Origin: Diploschistes diacapsis
Taxonomy: Eukaryota
Assembly: GCA_023645945.1 (NCBI GenBank)
Contig: JALAIB010000003.1
Location: 1-62,509 of the forward strand
DNA length: 62,509 nucleotides
Reading direction: 5' to 3'
In this document: positions 12,883 through 24,450 of the stretch, one piece after another
Numbering within the stretch: the first letter of the stretch is position 1
Layout: each line of letters begins with the position of its first letter
Made by a program: the position numbers and the translations under genes
The notes under the pieces: model-generated
The model's input: the letters and a program-made list of their open reading frames with translations, nothing else
What the model was told of the DNA's origin: nothing
Database searches by the model: none

Positions 12883-14664
12883 CTATGCAGAGCCCTGATT
12901 TTCGCTGGCAGGCACAGGCAACGTGATCTGGCCGGACTTCTTGGATATCTCGAACAGCACCGCACCGTTTCTTCCTTGCATTTTCTTCCACCTTCCAAGT
13001 CGATGCACGTTGCCTAAAGCGGCAACAACACCCAAGATTTCTCTGCCCTTGTCGCCGTGCTCAAGAACGGCGATATCGTTTACCACGCCTCGAGCTGGGA
13101 GACTCTCACGCTCGGATCCTGTTCTGTTACCACCGGGCCCGTCGTCCCTTCCGGTTTCGCTTTCTTGGCCATCCTGCACCATTCCTACAGCACCTACGAG
13201 CTCCAGTTTGCGTCGATCCGTTGAGACCCTCCAAGCCCTGACGTATCCATCCCAGCTTCCACTCAGAACCACGTCGCTGTACGGTACAACCGCCAGCGCT
13301 GTAATCCATCGTGCCTGCGGTGAGCTCGACACCTCCCTCCCCTCCATGTTCATCTCAGCGAAGTACTCTTCTGGGGTTGGTGGAGGATCAAAGCCGTGGG
13401 CTGCCTTAATGCTAAAGACAGGTTTCTTCTTGTGCAGCGACCATAGTGACAGTGTACCATTGTCAGAACCCGATATAAAGGTTTCCTCGTCAATAAACGC
13501 AACACGCTCGATACTGCCTGTGGCACCCCCCGCATCAAAACTGTTGACGTCATCACTCCATGATTTCCTGGACTTTCCGCCGCCCCTATCTCCGCCGTCT
13601 CCTCCCCGGAACACCAATTGTGTCTCTTCCACAACTTTCCACAGCCTCACTGTTCGATCTCGCGCCCCCGCACTCAAGCATCGTTCTTGAGCGAGCGCCG
13701 CGACATCTAGCACCGCATCTTGATGGCCGAATAGCGTTTCCACGTACGCTAGCTCGTTTAGAGACCATGTCTTAATAGTCCGATCTGCAGACCCGGAATA
13801 TAGCTGGTTAGTGCCACGGCGAAATGCAAGTCCAAGGACAGCATCGCGGTGCTGGGAAAATACGCGCAGAGGTTGAAGATCTTCAGTAGACCAGATGATT
13901 AGCCGCTTGTCAGCACCGCCAGTCGCGAGGAAGCGCCCGTCCGGTGATACGGCAAGGCAGAGAATGGGAGCCACGTGGTGCTGGGGAGAGCTGTTGGCGT
14001 CGGAACGATGCGATCCTCGGGTACTTTTGATTCTGACGGGCCGTCGCCGCCGCGGACGGGCAGGCCTTGACAGATTGTCTGCGTCCACGAGTCCATCCGG
14101 AGTGCCCGTATTGTGCCATGCTAGCTCCCATTTAGTGAGGGTCATGTTTTTATGGGCGGTATAGACGTTGGGAAAATGGACTGCAACAGAAGTGGTACAG
14201 TCTGCCGATGAGCGAAACTGAACGGCCATCGCTGCGGGGAAGTCGTAGTCGGAGGCAATGTGACGGTAAACTTTCCCTTTCGATTCGGAGACGTCCTCTT
14301 TGAGCCGCTCTGCTATGAGATCGCGGTCGAGATCCGCGGCGTCGAAGCCCGTCTCGTCTGTCTCTTCCTTGAGGTTTTCCAAGTACCTTTCGGCGAGCCG
14401 CAACCTCCGCTCCGCGCCAGTCTCATGTTCATGCTCCGAGCCGCTCGACTCGCCATCAGTGCCACCAGAGCCCATTGTAGCATCCTCGACTTCCGACTCA
14501 CTACCTGAGATGGACTCATCCCTCCTTGGTGTTTTGCTCTTTTGTGCATCCGCATCCTGCTCCTTAGCGGCAGCACTTCTTGGCCGTTTTGATGATGGAG
14601 CGGATGCTCTGTCAGCTCTTTTTCTCTTCTTTTCCGAGGCTGGAAGGGTGAAAAATGAGGGCAT
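12883..14664 (-). CDS. RRP9: U3 snoRNP-associated WD40 protein Rrp9
   Basis: MPSFF..KRKR start, ETGAERRLRLAERYL, FDAADLDRDLIAERL, and WD repeats (AYVETLFGHQD, RLWKVVEETQLVFRGG, HRLGRW). Single exon. Confidence 0.92.
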   Translation of the reverse strand: MPSFFTLPASEKKRKRADRASAPSSKRPRSAAAKEQDADAQKSKTPRRDESISGSESEVEDATMGSGGTDGESSGSEHEHETGAERRLRLAERYLENLKEETDETGFDAADLDRDLIAERLKEDVSESKGKVYRHIASDYDFPAAMAVQFRSSADCTTSVAVHFPNVYTAHKNMTLTKWELAWHNTGTPDGLVDADNLSRPARPRRRRPVRIKSTRGSHRSDANSSPQHHVAPILCLAVSPDGRFLATGGADKRLIIWSTEDLQPLRVFSQHRDAVLGLAFRRGTNQLYSGSADRTIKTWSLNELAYVETLFGHQDAVLDVAALAQERCLSAGARDRTVRLWKVVEETQLVFRGGDGGDRGGGKSRKSWSDDVNSFDAGGATGSIERVAFIDEETFISGSDNGTLSLWSLHKKKPVFSIKAAHGFDPPPTPEEYFAEMNMEGREVSSSPQARWITALAVVPYSDVVLSGSWDGYVRAWRVSTDRRKLELVGAVGMVQDGQESETGRDDGPGGNRTGSERESLPARGVVNDIAVLEHGDKGREILGVVAALGNVHRLGRWKKMQGRNGAVLFEISKKSGQITLPVPASENQGSA

Positions 14665-15089
14665 TGCGGCAGAGACTATCCACAAGAGATGTGCGCTCGT
14701 TCAGTGCTCTTCGATTATCTCCGAGGAGGAGGGCCGTACGAATGATCAATGTAGAATACGCTCCGCATTAAAAAATTTAAATCCTATACACGTGAAATTG
14801 CTATACTTATGGCCGTGGACCCCTCGGAGCTTTTTCTGGACGGAAGCGCTAATTTTATTAAACACTCTCAAACATGTAATTTACCTCTATTTTCGCAGTT
14901 TATGCTTACTCGGCCTGTTACTCGGCCCGTGCTTTGAGCTACCATGTCGGTACTTACCATGTAGGTAAGTACGTAGTTCAGTAGCTTAAGGCATCAGGAG
15001 CTCGCGCGGCTTTGCGTTGCTGTTAGGTACAAAGATCCAGGACCCGACTTTTTGCAAGCTCCATATGCTTTTTGCCAATACCACGCACA

Positions 15090-15922
15090 ATGTGAGTATC
15101 TCTGCAGCCCTCGAGCTTTTCCATCAACTGAGCAACCATAGGGAAGTCTTACTCGGGATCACTGGCAAGGACTTCACCATTGTCGCAGCTTCCAAAGCTG
15201 CAATGAGGGGAGCTACTATTCTCAAGGCATCAGACGATAAGACAAGAGAGCTGAACGACCACACTTTGATGGCATTTTCGGGTGAAGCTGGTGATACGGG
15301 TATGTTAAGGCTTCATCTCCGTTTCCCCGTCGACTGCTCACAGAAGTAGTTCAATTTGCCGAGTTCATTCAAGCAAACATCAAACTATACTCAACGCGGA
15401 ACGATGCAGACCTTGCTCCCTCTGCTGTTGCGAGCTTCGTGAGGGGGGAATTGGCAAAAAGCCTGCGGTCGAAGAGCCCGTACAACGTCAACTTGCTTCT
15501 TGGGGGCGTCGACCCGATCACGCACCGACCACACTTGTACTGGTTGGACTACTTGGCTGCGCTCGCGCCCGTGCCTTACGCAGCCCACGGATATGCACAG
15601 TGAGTCTTTTCAGCAGTCGCCTTACCTCTGCACAAATTTGACTACTGATCATGTCCGAAAAAGATATTACTGCCTCTCGATTCTTGATAAACACCATCAC
15701 CCAGACATTAAGCTCGAGCAAGGAATGAAACTCTTACAGATGTGCTCGGATGAGTTGAAAAGGCGACTGCCCATCGATTTCAAAGGAGTAAGTTACGCAC
15801 ACTCATCCTTCTGCTCCAAGAACTAGGTTGACTGGGGACTGTAGCTCATCGTCAAGGTTGTTGACGAAAATGGCATCCGAGAAGTGGCAATAGACAACGA
15901 CAGATCCGTGAAAAGCGCTTGA
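15090..15922 (+). CDS. PRE1: 20S proteasome subunit beta 4 (beta type-2)
   Basis: MEVLLGITGKDF..FSGEAGDTVQFAEFIQAN..PYNVNLLLGG..AAHGYAQYYCLSILD..RLPIDFKG. Four introns, the first splitting the ATG (15092-15141); stop TGA at 15920-15922. Confidence 0.93.
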
Positions 15923-15999
15923 GTTGAGATTGACAATTTGTTTGTATACTAGTTACTGGTATGAACACAGTGCACAAAGCTACACACGATTGATTTAAC

Positions 16000-18200
16000 G
16001 CATGGAATAGAACGTATTAGAATGCGGAGATGATATCCAAAGTAGATAAAGGTGATATTATTTTGTTGAAGAAGAGTTGTTAGATATAAGACCTTTTGAT
16101 ATCAGCTTTAATATAATATCATGAAAGCATAGTTTATAATTCTTTGGCTCATTTGAACGTAAAATACAATGGGGTTGGTGTTCCATCAAAATTCTATACC
16201 CCTTGCGCGATTGTTATTCATTTGCTCATTACCGATGCTAGACTTACGTACATTATGCCTTTGAACTAGGTTCCCCCCTGATGTATTTGAGGATCCTCGA
16301 ATGCTTTTAGCTGCTGAGGCATTTGTTTTTCTACATAATCAACGTCATCAGCGGTTATCAGCGCCGGTCGGTTCCATAAAAGGGATTTAATACCTTCTTC
16401 ATAGTCCCTCCACATTGATCATCCTATTTTCGGCTTGCGTACGCCTCAACCTCACGCGTGACATTGCCAAAGAGTTCTAGCACCTTCTGATTTTGCTCCA
16501 ATAACGCATTCAGTTTCGTTTTTATAGTATTTAGGCTGGCGTCGCTAAGCTGATCGAGCTTCGCGTCCGAAGCAACTTTACTGGCATTCAGAATATATCA
16601 TGAAAGGTCTTTATAAAGGCGCGGAACCGGTGAGGGGTGTAACTGAAAATACGTTCAAGCGCAAATCTTCATGTCTGCGAAAGGCCGCGAGGCCAATCAA
16701 GTTTTAATATGATCATAATAGGTAACTCGGATAAATCATCACTTAATATTAAAAGGTTTTAAGACCTTTCACTCAGTAAATATGTTATTGGTAATATTAG
16801 AATTAGTTAAGTAACTCGATTGCTATGGAATTTAATCAGGATTAAGCAGGTATAGTGTAATGCTACGAAAATATTAAGAAGAATATATTTTATATTACGT
16901 AAGCGTATATATTCCACGCGTGAGAGCTTTGGCAAACAATGATACCTAACGACCCGGCGCCAATTAACGGACTTTTTATAATTTCAAATTAGGAAAAAAG
17001 ATTATTTCAAATAATAAATCGTTGTATTATAATTTAATTGGTTTTATTGCCTGTTTCGCTGGTTTCTAGCGTCTCGTGGCCTTCCGCCGAAATTATAAAG
17101 TGACCCTATACGTTTTTATCGTTTTCGAAACATTTCAATCTGTTTACTACTTCATACACTTCATTATTATTATATTATATGATCCTATTCATCATACGCC
17201 ACCTAGTCAGAGAATAAGAACCCTCCCCAGAACACCGTCGCTGCCTCCATTTTCGCCAATATCTTTGTTTAAACGGTTAAATAAAGCGCTGGAGCTCTCC
17301 CGAGATCAAGTATCGAGATAACAAAAAGCATGCGGAGGGCCCTCGACGCCCCAAGAAAAGCTTATAGGGCCTAAGTCAATATTAATTAAAGGATACATTG
17401 AGCAAATCATCGAGTGGATACAATTATTTCAAGGAGGAGGACTCCCTGGCGTCTTATTTCACGACATATGTCCTTTTGTTATGCTGGAGGGATCGTGGAG
17501 AGCGCTTTTAAAAAAGGTTCTAAAGAGCGTCTAAAAGCTATTATTCAATCAGCGAGGGATACTGTTAGGCCTAAACAACTTGAAGCACTCCTGAAACTAT
17601 GGCAGAATACTGCCAGGCAGTAATGCCAATGGTACACAAGATATAAGGTAGTGCTTCAGATCAATGAAAATATCCCGAAGCACTTCTTCTGCTTGTATGA
17701 TGTCGTACTAATCGGCACTAACTTTATTCTGGTAGGGACTTCGTAATAAGCTCGCCGGCCAGTCTACTAAAAACTTTTCGTGATGAAGTTGTTTGGGGAC
17801 TCTTTATAAAATTCATTTTAATAACAGCTTTTTTGTAATATTATGTTAATAGAAGATAAGTCCTGTTACGTTGTCTTATTATTAATTAAAAATGATAAGT
17901 TTGTTTTATTTCGATTTTGTATTAATTGTTTAAGCTCAGAAATCGGTCTTAATTAATTTGCGATTGTATAAACATGGCTCATAAGCAGAAACGATGAGTC
18001 CAATATGATAGCATTATTACACGTTTAATAGGGTCTATGAAGATCTTAGCATTTAACGTAGCTTGTTATTATTATTTACAAAATAGTGTCTATGTTGTAA
18101 TGAACCAATGATATTTATCCCAACCAGCCGTTAGCTCCATCGTTGACTTTGCCGTTACTTGTACGGTTGTGCATATTTACTTGAAGCTCCAAAAGATATT
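16000..18200. other. AT-rich, TpA-rich island with decayed coding-like relics (possible RIP-degraded repeat or pseudogenes)
   Basis: GC drops sharply between PRE1 and RPT4. Protein-like frames broken by TAG/TAA and frameshifts lie at about 16270-16600 (-) and 17180-17700 (+). Confidence 0.45.
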
Positions 18201-18457
18201 AATTCAACGGAAACCAAACTAATGCACTCCAGTCCCACGGCCTTCTATTACAACTCGACCCAAGGCAATACAAGCTTCTTTGACCTTATCTTGATTCTTG
18301 GCTCTCAGGCGTGAGACCTTACCTCGCCGGTACCAAGATCCGCAGAAAATCCAGTGCTTTAGCCACTGATTCCAAGACCCAGCTTCTTCGTGGATATTGA
18401 CTTTGTAACAGCAGGGAAGCCTACCACAACCGTACCGTTCTTGACGATCGAAAAGAT

Positions 18458-19799
18458 ATGGACGAGTCCGATCCTGAAAGAAAAGATGCTTTGGACCAAT
18501 ACACAAAAAAACTTCTTGAGTCCAGGGAGCAAGAAGCTAAGCTTAAAGCTCTGCGGCTAGACATCAAGGGCTTGCAAAATGACTTTGACACCACGGAAGA
18601 TAACATCAAGGCTTTGCAAAGTGTTGGTCAAATAATAGGCGAAGTTCTTAAGCAGCTTGACGAGGAGCGATGTAAGTTGACGTGGCACTTTGGTGGCGAC
18701 CTTCTAATGAAGGGAATCATGATGCTAACAGCACAAGTCATCGTAAAGGCTTCTTCAGGTCCGAGATATGTTGTGGGTTGCCGATCAAAAGTCGACAAGG
18801 CAAAATTGAAGCAAGGGACACGAGTTGCCCTGGACATGACAACTCTCACAATCATGCGAATGTTACCTAGGGAGGTCGACCCACTTGTTTACAATATGTC
18901 ACTCGAGGATCCAGGTCAAATTAGCTTTGCAGGAATCGGCGGGCTTAGTGATCAGATCAGAGAGCTCCGAGAAGTAATAGAACTACCCTTGAAGAATCCC
19001 GAACTATTCTTGCGTGTCGGCATCAAACCACCAAAAGGCGTTCTACTTTACGGACCTCCAGGCACAGGGAAAACACTCTTGGCTCGTGCTGTTGCGAGTA
19101 GTCTGGAGACAAATTTCTTGAAAGGTAATTTGATACCAATTTCTCTCGGGCTAGGCTGATTCATGGCCAAGTTGTATCTTCTGCTATAGTCGATAAGTAT
19201 ATTGGCGAATCTGCTCGGCTAATACGAGAAATGTTTGGTTATGCTAAGGAGCACGAGCCCTGCATCATCTTCATGGACGAGATAGACGCCATTGGTGGCC
19301 GGAGGTTCTCCGAGGGCACATCCGCTGATAGAGAAATACAAAGAACTCTGATGGAGCTGCTCAATCAACTAGACGGCTTCGATTACTTGGGGAAGACGAA
19401 GATTATCATGGCAACGAATCGGCCTGACACGCTTGATCCGGCCCTCCTACGCGCAGGCAGGCTTGATCGCAAGATCGAGATACCTCTTCCGAATGAGGTC
19501 GGTCGATTGGAAATTCTGAAGATTCATGCAAGTGGCGTTGCGCTAGACGGGGAAATTGATTTCGAGAGCATTGTGAAGATGAGCGATCAGCTCAATGGCG
19601 CGGATCTGCGGAATGTGGTCACTGAGGCGTTGGTGTCACTAACTATTCTGGTTTTTGGGAAGGCTAATGTTTGTGTAGAGGCTTGTCCGCAATCAAGGAC
19701 TACAGAGACGCCGTGAACCAAGACGACTTCAACAAAGCGGTTAGAAAGGTTGCAGAAACGAAGAAACTTGAGGGAAAGCTTGAATACCAGAAGCTGTAG
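18458..19799 (+). CDS. RPT4: 26S proteasome regulatory AAA-ATPase subunit 10B
   Basis: [16 protein letters not shown], Walker A GPPGTGKT, Walker [23 protein letters not shown]-terminus KLEYQKL; 3 introns. Confidence 0.96.
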
Positions 19800-20212
19800 T
19801 AGTAAGGATTGTAGACAGGTATCTCATAGGGTGCTGCACCAAAGCCAGCCATTTGGTACTTCACGATTAACCAACGCCAAGCTCAATGTCCTTTTAGTGC
19901 TGTACATGCATAATATATGAGTAGCAGCATGGACTTAACAAATTGGTTTATTATATCTTCATCGTAGAAACTGATTAACCACAAATTCCTCCTCCTGGAG
20001 CTTTTTGGACCAAAGCCACCATACCGGAAGCACTAGGAGTAAGCGGGAGCGTGCTTGTTTGACAGAACTGGTCACTCCGTCTATCCCTAATCGCCAAACT
20101 TGCTGACTGAAAGCTCCACATTCATCTATGATCCTAAGCTTCGTGCTCAGTTCCTTCTTCCTCGTCTCCTTCGCCGAACTCCAGAATTACTTGTACGCTC
20201 CAAGTCTAGCCT

Positions 20213-22301
20213 ATGTCCTTTTCGCTTCCCAAAAACGTGCCACGCTTTGACGATGTACAGCGAAACTATGAGAATACTTACTGGGCACAGGCTCGCAATG
20301 CGAGCGGTGTCAGCAATGCGATTAGTGGCCTACTCGAGGGCAAAGAATTGCCAATGTACAAAGACAAGCCCTACAACTACCCGCGCTCGACGAGGCGGCC
20401 GCTTTGGCGACGAAAACGAAGTCTTGCTGGAGCTCTGCTTGTGTTTATAATTCTCTACTGGACCTACTTTGGCAATGGTGAGACGAAAACACGGGCAGCT
20501 TCCGACATCTGGAACCGTCTTAGGTGGCGACCATCCTCCCGATCAATCTGGGAAAGAAGAATGCAAGAGGTTCGAGTCGCTTATGAAGCTAGCTGGGACG
20601 GATATGAGCGTTACGCCTTAGGTTAGTTGAAGAGATCGAGCACCAAATACTTTCGACGGTCACTGGCGGCATTGTCTCGGTTACTGATTGCTCCAAGGGG
20701 AGGATGAGTTTCACCCCATAACCAGGACTGGCGGCAGGACTGCTCAAGGTGGTTTGGGAAATATTTGGGCAGATTCGCTAGATGGCTTGATGATCATGAA
20801 CTCGACCTCGAGGCTTTCAAGAGCAAGGCAATGGGCTGTCCAGTTCTTAAAGTTTTCGAAAAACCAAGAAGTTAGCACCTTCGATACATCATCACGTTTA
20901 CTTGGAGGATTGCTATCGGCTCATTTCCTATCAACCGAAGTACTGGAGTTGGAAAATGTCGACGGAAATGATGGTGAAGAGATCGATGAGGACATGTACA
21001 TCGAAAAAGCTACGGACCTGGTCGACCGGCTTTTTGGGGCCTTTGATTCGCCTAGCAATATACCTTATCCATTGATCCACCTCGAAACCCGAAAAGGGAC
21101 AACCTCAAAGGATAACGGTCACAGGACTACAACTGCACACGCTATTGGCATGCAGCTCGAATTTCGATACCTATCCAAACTCTTAGGCGAAAAGCTGTTT
21201 TGGGATGCTGCCGAGAAGACCTCCCAAACTCTTGATGCTGGAGCAGACTCTGACAATCTTATCCGTGGTCTGATAGTGCATAAAACTGGGGCTTTTGTAT
21301 CCTCGTCCGACCAACTGAGTAGCTTAACGGTCCCGTATTTCGGTCAGTGCAGATTTACTGTTCTTCATTGTCACTAATTTCCTATTTTAGAGTATTTGGT
21401 AAAAGAGTACCTCCAAACATCTCAGCAGGAGCCTATCTATCATGAGATCTGGACAGAGGCACTCGCTAGTATCAGAAAGAAATTCACCGCTTATTCCGAG
21501 ATCTCGCACTTTACGGTGCTTGGAGAAGCTAAGCCAGGCACCAACATTCTAGCTATGGAAGAGACGGCGTGTAAACTTCCAGGGTTGATTGTTTTAGCAG
21601 CAACTGGAGGCCGGTCTTTGACACAGGCGAGGAAAAATAAATCCTGGAATCGCGAAAGAGAGAACGAGGTTGCGTTCTCCAAGGAACTGATGAATTCATG
21701 CTGGGCCTTGTATAAGGCATCACCTTCCGGCCTCGCCGCAGCTAAATCATTCTTCAAGATTACTTTAGATGCCGCACCGGAAGCTCCTGGGGTGTATCCA
21801 TCGGCTAAGATTGACTGGGGGGCAAATAGAGGTTCAAGTGCGAAGTGGAAAGATGACATTTCTCTTGACCCTGACTGGGCCCAGAACAACCAAGATGCTT
21901 CTTTTGTCGAAAGCTTGCTCTACCTCTACCGGGTTACAGAAGAGGAGACATATCGACAATGGGGATGGGAATTGTTTACTTCGTATATCAACTACACGTC
22001 TACGCCTGCCGGTGATGGCTTTGTAGCCCTTTCAAGCGTGCTGGAGCCTCCCCAGCAGGTGGATGTCATGAACGGGCTCTGGCTGTCGCGAACGCTAAAG
22101 TTCTTCTACCTCCTTTTTGCACCGCTGGACCTCCTACCGTTGGACAAAGTTATTTTCACAACGTCTGGTCATGTTCTTCCTAGATTCAAGCTGAATAGGG
22201 GTCTGAACACTGGCTGGAAGAGGAAAGCCAGGAGTGGGAAGAGTAAGGTTACAGGCGCGTCACAGCAAGGCGAGGAGACTACCGGTTCGCGACCTGACTA
22301 G
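20213..22301 (+). CDS. GH47 ER alpha-1,2-mannosidase (Mns1-like) homolog with degenerate active site
   Basis: Type II TM anchor, SWDGYERYALGEDEFHPI, RLLGGLLSA, QLEFRYLS, YRQWGW, TLKFFYLLF. Introns at about 20622-20697 and 21343-21390. Many catalytic residues are altered (see findings). Confidence 0.85.
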
Positions 22302-22593
22302 CATGTCACTACTAGCAAAGGCATATCTAGCGGTGCCTGCTTTCTCGTATCTAGAAGGAAGGCATTCGATGACCGTTAGTTGCTGCTTGATAGAATCCAT
22401 GTGATACCACGGGTAATTTGATAGGCTCACGATCGGCCAGCTATTGACGGCTACGACAATGCAATTGTACAAATACGTCCATATTAATATCAATCTCAAA
22501 ACACGGTATCATGACTGCATAGCACATCCCATCTCAGCTAGACTGAAACTGGGTGGTCACCATAGTTAGTCGACAATGCTCAAACAACTCTCC

Positions 22594-24276
22594 TTATGTT
22601 ACTCGGGCTCTTGGCTGCTTGCGTTTTTCTAGTACCAACAGGTATGACTCTCCTGTAAAGAGCGTCTCTGCTGGGACCTTCTCGACAAACAAATCTTGAA
22701 TCTCGAGCCATTCATCGCGCGCCCGATCGTGCAGTTGCGTTTTCCAGACTTTCTTCTCTGCCTCGCCCTCAACGCTGTCGTCCCTTATCCTGATTGCCTC
22801 GTGCGTGACGTTGGCGACCAGATCGTAAAGGATAGTCTCCCCTGGAGGATGTATGGAAGGGTTTGGTTCAACATAAGGAGCCATGTCGAGGGAATGGCTG
22901 TTGAATATGACGATGGTCGGATTTCGCTCCGAAACAAACTTATTCTTGGAAAAGCGCTTGATATGGAGAAGGAGATAAGGAGGAAGCGGGTGGAGCAGGC
23001 GATAGCGCTTTCGTGCACTTTGGTGTTCAGCGGTCCGAATTCCATCATATTTGGATAGTATGGAATTTAGCGGTACCTGCGGAATGGCGTTCTTATCTAA
23101 TTCATCCTGGAAGAGAGGTGCAGGAGGAAGATCCAGGGTGAGCATTAGGAAGTGGTTCTTCTCTGTTAGGACCTCGCCAGCCTCTTCGAATCTTAGACGG
23201 TCATTGGCGTCTGCCTTTGCTGTAATCTTTTGACTCTCGATCTTGAGCTGTCCTTGAAACACTTTCTGGATGATGCTGGTTCCTGGCTTCGACTTACTGC
23301 CACCAAGCGCGAGATGAAGATTGTTCAGAAACCAGCTAAGGAATTCTACAGGATCCGACTGGTGCAAAAGATCGAAGCGCTTCTGCGACTGCCTTGAGAC
23401 CTGCTGCAACAACTCATGCGGCGAGACATGAGACTTGAATGCTCTCGTATTCCAGATTTTGCGTACCAATACCGAGAAGCGCTGTATCAGCTCCGGTTTG
23501 GTGGCGAAATCTTCGAGCATGAAATAGTTTCGAATTGGCGGAACATGCGCAAGAGCCTGAATAACGACGTTGAAATAATCGTTCGCCTTGATGTTGTTCA
23601 TTCCTACGAATCCTGGATGGTATCTCTTTCCACCGATGTCAAAGGAGCTGTTTGGCTCCTTGTCTAGCCGCAAGACCTGCTCTTTTGGTAGCCGTGGATC
23701 AACCACAAACTTGATGTCGTCCAGGCTCTTGCTTGTGACCTCATAACCTTCTGGAAGAACATAGACCCTTTTCGTTTCCATATTGACGAAGACATGGTGG
23801 TCTACCTCAAGGGCATGGAAGTAGGCGTGAGACTTAGTACCTCGGCCTTGAAAGTATTTGCCGCATACCAAGCACGCGTAGACATTAATGTTCGAGAGCG
23901 AAATGGAGCAAAGTTTCTCGAAGTCAAAGTCGAGAACGGAACGATCGATGGTGTCCAGGTACAGATCGCCGAAGCCATCAGCTGGCACCTGCTGTCGTTC
24001 TGGAGCTGCAAACGTCGGCTGATCTCCATCTGAATCTTCGTCTTCCAAAAGCGAATCCTCCAAGTTGCAAAAAGCCGACACTCCTATAGGTTGGGGACTC
24101 CGTCCAGAGATCTTAGCTCCATCACTATTCCCCAAAGCTTGTGCTTCGGGTGAGGAACCTGTGCCGTTGGATCGACTGGTACCCTCAAACCGTGGACTAA
24201 GACGTACCTTCTTCTGCGACGGGGAATTTCGGTATGTGACGTCTTCAAGAAGGTCTTCAGCGGGTCTTTTTGTCAT
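22594..24276 (-). CDS. SAD1: U4/U6.U5 tri-snRNP-associated protein Sad1/USP39
   Basis: YLDTIDRSVLDFDFEKLCS, zf-UBP (NVYACLVCGKYFQGRG), GFVGMNNIKANDY (Asp in place of the catalytic Cys, as known for this family), ERNPTIV. Confidence 0.93.
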   Translation of the reverse strand: MTKRPAEDLLEDVTYRNSPSQKKVRLSPRFEGTSRSNGTGSSPEAQALGNSDGAKISGRSPQPIGVSAFCNLEDSLLEDEDSDGDQPTFAAPERQQVPADGFGDLYLDTIDRSVLDFDFEKLCSISLSNINVYACLVCGKYFQGRGTKSHAYFHALEVDHHVFVNMETKRVYVLPEGYEVTSKSLDDIKFVVDPRLPKEQVLRLDKEPNSSFDIGGKRYHPGFVGMNNIKANDYFNVVIQALAHVPPIRNYFMLEDFATKPELIQRFSVLVRKIWNTRAFKSHVSPHELLQQVSRQSQKRFDLLHQSDPVEFLSWFLNNLHLALGGSKSKPGTSIIQKVFQGQLKIESQKITAKADANDRLRFEEAGEVLTEKNHFLMLTLDLPPAPLFQDELDKNAIPQVPLNSILSKYDGIRTAEHQSARKRYRLLHPLPPYLLLHIKRFSKNKFVSERNPTIVIFNSHSLDMAPYVEPNPSIHPPGETILYDLVANVTHEAIRIRDDSVEGEAEKKVWKTQLHDRARDEWLEIQDLFVEKVPAETLFTGESYLLVLEKRKQPRARVT

Positions 24277-24450
24277 TGTGAGAGAGATATGTAGGTGTAG
24301 TGAGACAAGAAATCAAATTTGTCAGGGCGATAAACTTCTATAGGATTATTCGCTGCCTCTGCCAGAATAAAGGTTAGCGCTGATTAGTGTGACGCTACAA
24401 CAAGCAGGGTACCATTTGTATCGATTAACATGCTTCAAGCGGTTTAGGCT

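Noticed and set aside
12923..13690. Long antisense ORFs (e.g. 255 aa opposite RRP9, 214 aa opposite the RING gene, 204 aa opposite the thioesterase)
   Set aside because: They are shadow frames of real genes with no recognisable motifs.
22594..24276. Sad1 lacks the USP catalytic cysteine
   Set aside because: This is a known family feature of Sad1/USP39, not novel.
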